Shown: positions 7,240 through 15,799 of the stretch, one piece after another
Layout of the letters: each line of letters starts with the position of its first letter
Numbering within the stretch: position 1 is the first letter of the stretch
Virus record (IMG/VR): IMGVR_UViG_3300031566_000011
Coordinates: 1 to 17,624 of that record
DNA from: a virus
Lineage: Duplodnaviria > Heunggongvirae > Uroviricota > Caudoviricetes
DNA: 17,624 bases
Direction: 5' to 3' (one strand)
Notes under the pieces: model-generated
The model's input: the letters and a program-made list of their open reading frames with translations, nothing else
What the model was told of the DNA's origin: nothing
The model's database searches: none
Translations under genes and position numbers: made by a program

Positions 7240-7416
7240 ATCTTCACAAATTGTCATAGCAAATTTAATATTTTTAATGTCAATAATCAGTGGCTTTTGT
7301 CCTTCACAAAAATATCGTTTCTCATCAAAAACACCATAATTTGGTAATTGTCGTTTGTAATATTTATGTTTAATTTTACCATATAAATCTATTCTTCTAA
7401 TCTTAAAATGCGATAC
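7228..7416 (-). pseudogene. nadE: Internal fragment of glutamine-dependent NAD+ synthetase (nitrilase/CN-hydrolase domain)
   Basis: Manual translation ...GKIKHKYYKRQLPNYGVFDEKRYFCEGQKPLIIDIKNIKFAMTICEDKKR*. K..LPNY.VFDEKRYF and ICED are hallmark motifs of this domain. No ATG start; TAG on both sides. Confidence 0.85.
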
Positions 7417-8203
7417 CTATGACCTTTCTTAATATATTAGTTTCTTTGTATTATATTATATTTTCTTATATTATATTACACTATATTACATTATCTTAAA
7501 TTCCCATACTTACCTTAGAAGCTGGTAAAGTAAGGAGATAGATCAGCTTTAGCCATGCCATAATATTATAGACGGGTTATGCTCTATAGATACTAATGAT
7601 GTCCTTCCGTGAATGATAATATTGTATAACTTCTATTGTATGCTTGGGATATCTTTGATATTAAATCTTTTTGAATTATGATTTAAAAAGTATATCGTTA
7701 TCGCATACTATATCATTTATATTATTAAAAATCAATAATACATTCTTTTCATAAAAAGCGTTCTATTACTTTTGTTCTTTTTGTGTTTTGTTAAAGTTTT
7801 TTTTACCTTGTCGCTGTATAATGCAAGTATGCTATTCAGTTCTCTAATTTTCGTTCCCATCAGGAGACCCGTGTTGATGGTAAAGAATGATTGCTATATT
7901 CTAAAACGCATACATCTGTGCGATAATAGAGATGTGACACATGTGTATAGCGGTTATATCCATTCGACACCATAGATGTTTTATTGGACTTTCCCTTTTT
8001 GTTCATTCTGTGAAAACTGCCTTAGATCAATCGCTAATTAAATATTTTTTATTTAATTAGAAATATCAAGATCTCGCTTTCTTCCTTGCCAGAGAACAGG
8101 CTTGGAAGGTTTGTTAGGGTTGTCAGCTGTGGGACATTGCCCTGCAAAGAAAATTTCATAGAACTATATTTCGCTATCATTATCAAATTTTTGGTAGCTA
8201 AAT

Positions 8204-8435
8204 ATATTATAGCATGCTTGTCAAGCGATTTTCTTCATTTTTCGTTAAAAAAAACATTTTTCTCGTCGTGAAGAAAAAAAACATAATTATTTTAGACCCT
8301 AAAAAGGGCGAAAAAAGGGGTTTTTTTGGTTAAAAAAAAAGTGCTCTCGTCTAGAAAACGTTAAAAAAGTGCCTTACCCCCCTTGACAAGAATCGTGCTT
8401 TTTGGCTAAAATAGTGTCTTTTTGGGTAAAAATAG
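8204..8435. repeat. 232-bp inverted repeat, left copy
   Basis: Reverse complement of 11830-12061; one mismatch over the outer ~190 bp, more diverged in the inner ~40 bp. Confidence 0.97.
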
Positions 8436-8496
8436 TGCTTCTTTTGTAGTAATAACATCATTAACATGCACATAATATTCACGCCATATATGTTTC

Positions 8497-9210
8497 TTAT
8501 TTATACCTGAACAATTTTTCCACACTTACCTTGTTACCGCCTGTTTTGCCGTTTGCAGATAAAGAAGATTTTGCTTCCTTTTCCCAAACACATTTAAAGT
8601 CGGCAGGTGCGTTGTATTCACTTACAAATACGGTGTGTCCTTGTCTGCTTATATTTCTTACCCAATTCCAAAAAAGGTTGTGGTCAAATTCATCTACCTT
8701 GTACTTTGAGGTTCCCTCGTATGGTGGGTCACAATAAACAATACTTTTTGGCGGTAATTCCAATTCATAATAAGGTTTGTTTTGAAATATAACGCCCTTC
8801 ATTTTAGGTACTTGTTTCAACACATTTTTAATTGCTTCAGTTTGGTAGTCTCTTACTGTTCCTATTTTGGTTTTTGTTTCTCCAGCAAACCCGCTAAAAT
8901 AAACACCAGAGTAAGAGCAATTAAAACCTACCCAAGCAACTTCGTGCGGTGGGTATTTCCCCTTGTTTTCTCTAATTTGTTTGTGTTCTTCACGGGTGTA
9001 CTTTTTTGGCATCCAACCGCCAACAAGTTCACGCCACATTTGTATTAAATGAGAGTGTATATCATTGGCAATCCTATTGCCTTGCACCTCGCAAATAGCG
9101 TTCATTCCCCCTGCAAATGGTTCAACATACCATTGTTCAGGCTTTCGGTCTTTTAAAATAATAGGCAAAATCTCTTTACTAAATCGTGCCTTACTACCCA
9201 TGTATTTCAT
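8497..9210 (-). CDS. DNA adenine methyltransferase (Dam/D12-class N6-MTase)
   Basis: N-terminal YMGSK, motif I YVEPFAGG, motif IV YCDPPY. Confidence 0.92.
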   Translation of the reverse strand: MKYMGSKARFSKEILPIILKDRKPEQWYVEPFAGGMNAICEVQGNRIANDIHSHLIQMWRELVGGWMPKKYTREEHKQIRENKGKYPPHEVAWVGFNCSYSGVYFSGFAGETKTKIGTVRDYQTEAIKNVLKQVPKMKGVIFQNKPYYELELPPKSIVYCDPPYEGTSKYKVDEFDHNLFWNWVRNISRQGHTVFVSEYNAPADFKCVWEKEAKSSLSANGKTGGNKVSVEKLFRYK

Positions 9211-9448
9211 TTAAAATTTCCTCATATATTTTTAATGTTTTTTTTAATTTTTCAATTTTTTGTTTAATTTCTTGTTTTTCTTTGTTTATATGTTTTGATA
9301 TATTATTTTTTGTTCCTATAATAAAATCATATCCATTGCTAGAAGAATACCACCCATGACCAATACATCCATATGCTTTCTTTATATCATCTTTATTCAA
9401 AAGTTTCAATTTATTATTTTTTGTAGATAATTTATATATTTTCGTCAT
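9194..9448 (-). CDS. Hypothetical protein, 84 aa, C-terminal coiled coil
   Basis: ORF with RBS GGAGGG; overlaps the MTase start by 17 nt. Confidence 0.7.
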   Translation of the reverse strand: MTKIYKLSTKNNKLKLLNKDDIKKAYGCIGHGWYSSSNGYDFIIGTKNNISKHINKEKQEIKQKIEKLKKTLKIYEEILNEIHG

Positions 9449-9498
9449 TTTAAAACCCTCCTTTTTTTAAATATTAAATAATAATTATTAGTTAATTA

Positions 9499-9948
9499 TC
9501 AGACTAATTTTCCATCTTTCCAATTCGTTTTGCTTTCAATCTCTCCGTTTTCATAATATTTAATAGCTTCGCCATCTAGTTCTCCATTTTTACAATTATA
9601 TTTCCATTTAATCGTTCCGTTTTCATAACATTTAATAGCTTCGCCATCTAGTTCTCCATTTTTACAATTATATTCGCATGCAATCTCTCCGCTTTCATAA
9701 TATTTAATAACTTTTCCGTCTAATTTTCCATCTTTAAAATTCAAGTTTCTTCTAACCTTGCCGTTTTCATAATAGTCAATTGCTTCGCCATCTAGTTCTC
9801 CATTTTTACAATTATATTTCCATTTAATCTTTCCATTTTCACCATATCCAACAGCTTTGCCATCTAGTTCTCCATTTTTAAAATTCCTTTTCAATTTAAT
9901 TATTCCGTTTTCATAATATTTAATATGTTCGCCATTTTTCTTTTTCAT
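9499..9948 (-). CDS. MORN-variant repeat protein (YwqK antitoxin-like fold)
   Basis: 24-aa repeats YYENG.I....N.KNGELDGEA; 72-bp DNA periodicity. Confidence 0.88.
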   Translation of the reverse strand: MKKKNGEHIKYYENGIIKLKRNFKNGELDGKAVGYGENGKIKWKYNCKNGELDGEAIDYYENGKVRRNLNFKDGKLDGKVIKYYESGEIACEYNCKNGELDGEAIKCYENGTIKWKYNCKNGELDGEAIKYYENGEIESKTNWKDGKLV

Positions 9949-10134
9949 AATTTTAATCCTTTAATTTTTAAATAACAATAGACGATTGCTAAAGCTAAAA
10001 TTGCCGATATTATTAAGATTTCTTTTAAATCGTATATGTAAAATAACAAAGTGCTAATCTACATGTAAGTTCATAACATCTATATTTGTTTTGTAAGTGC
10101 AAATTGTGATCCCAAAGATTTTTTATAATCCCAA

Positions 10135-11697
10135 TTATAAATTAAATAATTCTGTTTGAATATCCAACTCTTTTGTTGGAAAATTCTTTATTTGATTACT
10201 TGTTATTGATTTATACCCACCAGAAAAATCTTTACCTGTAATTTTTATATATTTTAAAAATTCATTTGAATTCAAAATATTTTTTATTATTTCCCAATTT
10301 GATTTCTTTTTTTTCTTTATAATAAAAATACCTGAATAAACAAAAGTTTTATCATCTAAATCATAAAATTTAATAGAATCTTTCATCAAAGTGCTAATTA
10401 CAATTTTTTCATTATGAATTGTTTGCAATCCTTGACTTCTTCCAAATTCATACCACAAGGAACATTTATCAATATCTCTTTTCAATAATTCTTTTTTATT
10501 TTCCAATAAATAATCATAACACTTTGGATATTTAACTTCTAATTCTTGTTCTTGAATTACCTTAAATTTTTCGTTATCTTTTTTATATGGAAATATTATA
10601 TATTTAACTTCTTCATCATTTCCCTTATATGTTGACCCTTTTATAACTTTATACAAAATATTTTTTTCAACCCAATGTTTATTAAATAAAACTAATGAAT
10701 CTTTTTCTTTCTCAATTTCCCCAATAAAAATATTATCCCTTAAAGTTGCAATCCCATATTGAACATCAAAAAAATCTGATACCTTTTTATATCCCACAGA
10801 AAATATTTTTTTCAAAAAATTCATTTCTTCCGTATTTGAAAAAGACCAATCATTATCATTCAATACAACATAATTAATTTTATTAACTTCAATTATTTCT
10901 TTATCAACCAATTCTTTATATATAAATTCATTTTTAAAATCATAAAAATTTATTATAGTTATTGCTGTATATGTAGAAACATTATTGAAAATTTTATTAG
11001 ACTTAAAATTCGTTAAACTTCTAACTGCTTTTGCCTCTTTTAAATATTTTCTGAAACTTTTATAAGATGAATTATGCAAATAACTATTAGGTGTGATATA
11101 CCCTAAAATACCTTTTTTATTTAATAATTTAAAACCTAATTCAAAAAACGAAACATAAATATCAATTGTTCCTTGCGAAAATAAAAATTCTTTTTTTAAT
11201 ATTTTTCTAGTTTCCTCATCCAAATTATGTATTCTAATATAAGGTGGATTCCCAACCACAAAATCAAAAAAACCTAAATATTCTTTATATTTATAAAGTG
11301 TATTTTCGTTAGATATTTCCCAATCAATTTTTATTTTTTGATTTAATTTTTTTTCAACTACATCGTTTAAATTATTTATACAATTTTTAAATTCTTTTGT
11401 ATCAATTTCTATTCCATAAATATTATTTTCTAAAATATTTTTTATTTCATGAACTTTTTTATTTTGTTTCAAACTTTTATCTATAATTCTTTGAACAATA
11501 ATTTTTAAAAATGCTCCATCACCACAAGCAGGATCTATTATTTTTTTACTTAAAATATTGTCATTTTGGGATACGAACCCAACAGAATCAAGTATTTCTT
11601 CTACTATCCAATCTGGAGTAAATACCTGTCCTAATATTTTAATTTTCTTCATTCTTACATTCCCTTTATCTCTAAATTTATATCGTAAATTTTCCAT
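10135..11697 (-). CDS. Gamma-class N6-adenine DNA methyltransferase (TaqI/Eco57I-type architecture); start may be the ATG at 11652
   Basis: GQVFTP, IIDPACGDGAFL, VVGNPPY, GYITPNSYL, and a C-terminal specificity region with WYEFGRSQGL. Confidence 0.93.
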   Translation of the reverse strand: MENLRYKFRDKGNVRMKKIKILGQVFTPDWIVEEILDSVGFVSQNDNILSKKIIDPACGDGAFLKIIVQRIIDKSLKQNKKVHEIKNILENNIYGIEIDTKEFKNCINNLNDVVEKKLNQKIKIDWEISNENTLYKYKEYLGFFDFVVGNPPYIRIHNLDEETRKILKKEFLFSQGTIDIYVSFFELGFKLLNKKGILGYITPNSYLHNSSYKSFRKYLKEAKAVRSLTNFKSNKIFNNVSTYTAITIINFYDFKNEFIYKELVDKEIIEVNKINYVVLNDNDWSFSNTEEMNFLKKIFSVGYKKVSDFFDVQYGIATLRDNIFIGEIEKEKDSLVLFNKHWVEKNILYKVIKGSTYKGNDEEVKYIIFPYKKDNEKFKVIQEQELEVKYPKCYDYLLENKKELLKRDIDKCSLWYEFGRSQGLQTIHNEKIVISTLMKDSIKFYDLDDKTFVYSGIFIIKKKKKSNWEIIKNILNSNEFLKYIKITGKDFSGGYKSITSNQIKNFPTKELDIQTELFNL

Positions 11698-11738
11698 GTT
11701 TACTCATTTTTGTTTTTTATCTACTTATTTATATCAAA

Positions 11739-11766
11739 ATTATATTAAAATTAAAAATAAAGTCAA
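11739..11766 (-). promoter_or_regulatory. Sigma70 promoter of the methyltransferase operon
   Basis: Minus strand TTGACT-16 nt-TATAAT. Confidence 0.65.
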
Positions 11767-11829
11767 GCATTTTTACAAAAAAAATAAAAAAATATTAATA
11801 AAATTCATTGATTTTTTCACAAAAACAGC

Positions 11830-12061
11830 CTGTTTTTACCTAAAAAAGCACTATTTTAGCTAAAAAACACGATTCTTGTCAAGGGGGGTAAGGCACTTTT
11901 TTAACGTTTTCTAGACGAGAGCACTTTTTTTTTAACCCAAAAAACCCCTTTTTTCGCCCTTTTTAGGGTCTAAAATAATTATGTTTTTTTTCTTCACGAC
12001 GAGAAAAATGTTTTTTTTAACGAAAAATGAAGAAAATCGCTTGACAAGCATGCTATAATAT
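11830..12061. repeat. 232-bp inverted repeat, right copy
   Basis: Reverse complement of 8204-8435. Confidence 0.97.
12051..12059 (+). promoter_or_regulatory. Extended -10 promoter upstream of terS
   Basis: TGCTATAAT about 50 nt before the terS ATG; mirrored at 8206-8214 on the minus strand. Confidence 0.55.
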
Positions 12062-12110
12062 GTATATGGAAAGAAAATAGTATTATCTTTTGGATAATTT
12101 AGGCGATATT

Positions 12111-12743
12111 ATGGCAAACAAATGGAATAATAGTGGATATAGTTTTAAAGACAAAGTATCTGAGTTGCAAAAAAAGAAAAAGCAAATAGAAGAAAAGAAT
12201 GGTGATGTTTTATCAAAAGAAAGCATAGTTCATGAATTTGAAAAAGACATTAAAGATAATATAGAAAAAGATGATATTCTTTTAAGGTCAATTGAAAGAC
12301 GTGAGATATTAAATAAATACTATAATTTAAAAACTAATATGTTTGCATTCAGTGAATTAGAAATAGAAGAATTGGGACGTAGTTTAGTTGATTGGGCTGA
12401 TATGGATGAAAAGAACTTTATAATTAAAAGTTTTTTTTCAAAAAGAATGATTCCAGATAGTATTGTTAAAGATTTTATATCAAAGAATACTTTCTTTGCA
12501 AGGTGTTACGAGATAGCTTGTGATAGATGTGAGTCTAAGTTAGTTGATGATAGTTTAATGGTTGGAAGTCGTGTTAAAGGTAATATGGCACAGTTTGTGT
12601 TAGGTAATAATTCTGTAGCACAAGCTAATAATGACGACGTTAATGAAAAATTGAAGCATTCAAAAGAATTAATTGAATTTAGAGAAAAGTTGGGTAATGC
12701 TAGTATTGGTGATTTAGAAAAATTCCTATTACCAAAACCTTAA
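12111..12743 (+). CDS. terS: Probable terminase small subunit
   Basis: Position before terL. C-terminal F..CYE.A....E..L and N..MAQFVL.N pattern resembles terS proteins. ATG 12111 preferred over TTG 12090. Confidence 0.65.
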   Translation: MANKWNNSGYSFKDKVSELQKKKKQIEEKNGDVLSKESIVHEFEKDIKDNIEKDDILLRSIERREILNKYYNLKTNMFAFSELEIEELGRSLVDWADMDEKNFIIKSFFSKRMIPDSIVKDFISKNTFFARCYEIACDRCESKLVDDSLMVGSRVKGNMAQFVLGNNSVAQANNDDVNEKLKHSKELIEFREKLGNASIGDLEKFLLPKP

Positions 12744-12831
12744 TAAAAACCGATCAACAAAGAGATGATGGCGTGTAAAACTTGTTTTATACATTGCATA
12801 GTAGCTGACAAAGCGAATCTCTTTGTTAATT

Positions 12832-12863
12832 GGTGGAGTTTGGTCGGTCTCCACTGTTTTTTT
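12832..12863 (+). terminator. Intrinsic terminator-like hairpin between terS and terL
   Basis: GGTGGAG/CTCCACT stem (12832-12838 with 12849-12855), 10-nt loop, then GTTTTTTT. Confidence 0.6.
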
Positions 12864-12896
12864 AAAAATAAGATATATAGAGGTTTATTTTTACAC

Positions 12897-14339
12897 ATGC
12901 AACATAATGATCGATTTGTAGATATTTTAAAGCAAGAGGTTAAGCTACGGCTTATTAGGAAGTATGTAGATGCCTGTGATGTTTTGAAATGGGGGAAATT
13001 ATTGTTCCCTTATAAGTTTAAAGGTGAATTTTGTCAAGAATTACATCAGTATTTAATAGATACTATGAATGAAGAGACGACTGTTGTTTTGGCTCCACGT
13101 GGTTCTGGAAAAACTATTATTAGTTGTTTTTTGATACCAATATATTTGGCATTAAATCATCCTGATAAATACATACATTTTTTAAGTATACAGTCAACAT
13201 ACAAGAAAGCTGCAGGAATAAATACAAATATTAGAGATGAAATAGCAAATAACGAACTATTAAAAGAATATTATGGTGATTTAGTTTCTAAGCATTGGAC
13301 TAAGGATCAATTTGAGCTTACAAATGGAGTTGTTTTTACATCTATTGGTTGCGAAGGTAGTCTGAGAGGGTTGAATTATAAAAGTTATAGACCAGATTAT
13401 GTAATTATTGATGATTTATACGCTGAGAATGATTATAGATCAAGAGAAGCTAGAGAAAGAAAAGAAATTTGGTATTTTTCATCGTTATTTCCTGCGATTT
13501 CTTCGTTTGGAGATACAGAGCCATGTATTAAATTACAAGGAACAGCAGTTGCAAGTGATGATTTATATCACAAATTGAAAGAAAATACTAGGTATATTTT
13601 CCGTAAATTTCAATCAATTATTGACTGGGAAGAAAAACAAGTTCTTTGGGCAGACATGAAAACTTTTGAAGAGTTAATGGTATTAAAAGAATCAATGCCT
13701 GCTGTGTTGTTTTATAGAGAATATCAAAATGATTTATTTAGCAACGAAGAAAGTATTATTAATTTAGATTGGATAAAATATTACGATGAAATAAATCTAC
13801 AAGAGGAAGACATTGTTTGCAAAATGTTAGGTATTGATCCTTCTGTTGGTGAAAGTAAAAAAAGTGATTATACTGGTTTTGCAATTGTATACAGGACTAT
13901 TTTTAAAGATAATCCTAGTCGTAGTAATTATTACGTTTTAAGAATTGAACAACACAGAATGTCTATGCAAGACAGAATAGATTATATTGTGGATTTACAT
14001 AAAGAATATAATTTTGATTTTATTTTTGTAGAAGATGTAGCAGCGTTTAGAGACTTTGCTGTTAGATTAATGAATACTGGTAATTTGCCTGTAATACCTA
14101 CTTCTGAGCTAGGAAAAGGAAATATAGGTAAAAGGGTTACTCTGGAAAATAAATCTATATATTTTCAGCGTGGATGGGTTTTTTTTAATGAAACCATAAT
14201 ACGAAACCCTAGTGATAGAGCTTTACTTGAAGAACAAATAACAATAAACGATCCTCCACATGATGACATGAGGGATGCTTTATTTTTAACGTTAACTGAT
14301 ATGTTCGATAGCAATGTTAGCTTTGAAGTTGTTTGTTAA
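12897..14339 (+). CDS. terL: Terminase large subunit
   Basis: Walker A APRGSGKT, Walker B YVIIDD, nuclease motifs LGIDPS and HDDMRDA. ATG 12897 with upstream AGAGGT preferred over 12765. Confidence 0.95.
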   Translation: MQHNDRFVDILKQEVKLRLIRKYVDACDVLKWGKLLFPYKFKGEFCQELHQYLIDTMNEETTVVLAPRGSGKTIISCFLIPIYLALNHPDKYIHFLSIQSTYKKAAGINTNIRDEIANNELLKEYYGDLVSKHWTKDQFELTNGVVFTSIGCEGSLRGLNYKSYRPDYVIIDDLYAENDYRSREARERKEIWYFSSLFPAISSFGDTEPCIKLQGTAVASDDLYHKLKENTRYIFRKFQSIIDWEEKQVLWADMKTFEELMVLKESMPAVLFYREYQNDLFSNEESIINLDWIKYYDEINLQEEDIVCKMLGIDPSVGESKKSDYTGFAIVYRTIFKDNPSRSNYYVLRIEQHRMSMQDRIDYIVDLHKEYNFDFIFVEDVAAFRDFAVRLMNTGNLPVIPTSELGKGNIGKRVTLENKSIYFQRGWVFFNETIIRNPSDRALLEEQITINDPPHDDMRDALFLTLTDMFDSNVSFEVVC

Positions 14340-14374
14340 CATTAAATAATTTTATAATTGAGGAACTTTTATAT

Positions 14375-15775
14375 ATGGGATTTTTAAATTACAAGCCAAG
14401 TGAGAAAAATAAATGGTCTCAGTTTGGATTAAGAAGTGTCCCTAATTCTGATTTGCCAATACTTGATATGTTATTAAATACTTCTACGCAGGAATATTTA
14501 AGTGATAGTGATGCTATATATTACTATAACAATATATCTATTGTTGGGGAAGCAATAAATAAAATAGTTGATGCTATGGCACAGGTAGACTTATCTGTAT
14601 ATGATGAAGAAAAGAAAATATATATAAACTATTATTCTGAATCTTTGAAAAAATATGAACCACAAGAACAAGAAAGTTTGCAAAAATTGTTAAAAATATT
14701 AAAGATGCCTTCTCCATTAGATAATAATTTAACATTTTTATCAAGTTTATGCAAGTATTTTGTTGCTACAGGAACAGTATATTATGTTGCTTATGGAAAT
14801 GTAAATTATCCACCAATTGAGCTTGAGGTTGTTGATAGTAGACATATAGTTCCAAATAGTAATTTAAATGATAGATTTCCAGATTCGTATAATGTTAATA
14901 CAGAATCATTAAGTGGTATTGAATTTAAAAGGGTTAATGACAGTAAGGCACAAAGAATAAGATATATACGAGAAGATAATTTGGCTGAGCTTTATTGTAT
15001 ACATAATATGTCAACAAAGTTAAATAGTTTTGTTGGTGTTCCATTTATAAATTCTTTAAAACAAGAAATAAATCAGTTCTTTGAGGGTGGAAAACATAAT
15101 TATGCTTTATTGAAAAATGGAGCAAGATTATCTGGTGCATTTATGACTGAGCGAACATTATCGCAGAAGTCAAAAGAAGATTTAAAGGCTTCACTTAAAG
15201 CACAGTTTACGGGATCTCAAAATGCTGGATCTATTGCATTATTTGATGGTGGAAATTTTAAATATCAAAACCTATCAAATAATTTAAGAGATATGGATTT
15301 TAAAGATTTAAGAAAAATGCTACAGGATGCAATCTATAATGGGTTAGATATTCCATTAGCAATGGTGGATCCAGAGGCAATGGGACAATCAAGTTCACAA
15401 GTTGCATATTATTATTTTTACAAAAATAATGTTTTACCAAAATTAACTTATGTTCTTACAAGTTTAAGCAGACTAATGATGCATAGATATGAAGGGCTTA
15501 GTTTTTTAAAGTTTTGTGTTTCCTATATACCATTTAATATTCCTGTAATTAGGAATATGGAATTAGAGAATATTCAAAAATTGGAAAGAATATATGCAGT
15601 AACAGTTAATGAGCGAAGACGAATGTTAAACATGCAAGACATAGAGAATGGAGATCAAATACTAGTCCCAGCAAATACAATGCCTTTAGATATTATTTCA
15701 GAATATTATAGTTCAAAAAAAGATAATACAAATACGATAGGAAATGATGCATCGAATATACACAATAATGGCTAG
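14375..15775 (+). CDS. Portal protein, HK97 family
   Basis: Follows terL; motifs LLKNGARLSG, NAGSIALFDGG.FKYQ.L, DMDF, GLDIPLAMV, TVNERR. RBS GAGGA before ATG 14375. Confidence 0.92.
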   Translation: MGFLNYKPSEKNKWSQFGLRSVPNSDLPILDMLLNTSTQEYLSDSDAIYYYNNISIVGEAINKIVDAMAQVDLSVYDEEKKIYINYYSESLKKYEPQEQESLQKLLKILKMPSPLDNNLTFLSSLCKYFVATGTVYYVAYGNVNYPPIELEVVDSRHIVPNSNLNDRFPDSYNVNTESLSGIEFKRVNDSKAQRIRYIREDNLAELYCIHNMSTKLNSFVGVPFINSLKQEINQFFEGGKHNYALLKNGARLSGAFMTERTLSQKSKEDLKASLKAQFTGSQNAGSIALFDGGNFKYQNLSNNLRDMDFKDLRKMLQDAIYNGLDIPLAMVDPEAMGQSSSQVAYYYFYKNNVLPKLTYVLTSLSRLMMHRYEGLSFLKFCVSYIPFNIPVIRNMELENIQKLERIYAVTVNERRRMLNMQDIENGDQILVPANTMPLDIISEYYSSKKDNTNTIGNDASNIHNNG

Positions 15776-15799
15776 GAAATAGCTTATTAAGGAGTTTTT

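Noticed and set aside
7985-8000. GGGAAAGTCC on the minus strand resembling the RNase P RNA signature; also group I/II intron motifs
   Set aside because: The remaining conserved elements were not found by eye.
7772-8271. ORFs 7772-7975 and 8086-8271 (TTG starts) and a 43-aa minus ORF near 8050-8180
   Set aside because: No RBS or motif, and composition is unlike the real genes; the 43-aa ORF cannot be fully excluded.
8531-9048. Plus-strand ORFs inside the Dam-like gene
   Set aside because: Antisense shadows.
9945-10134. 34-codon hydrophobic frame overlapping the MORN start (ATGA) and a KKSLG-like fragment
   Set aside because: Only a TTG start without RBS; too short to support a call.
8204-12061. 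Insertion sequence or composite transposon
   Set aside because: No transposase, no target-site duplication, and the repeats are much longer than IS ends.
7228-15775. Stop-codon reassignment (TAG or TGA readthrough)
   Set aside because: TAG readthrough does not extend the nadE fragment or the portal meaningfully, TGA ends genes at natural boundaries, and the long genes are intact in the standard code.
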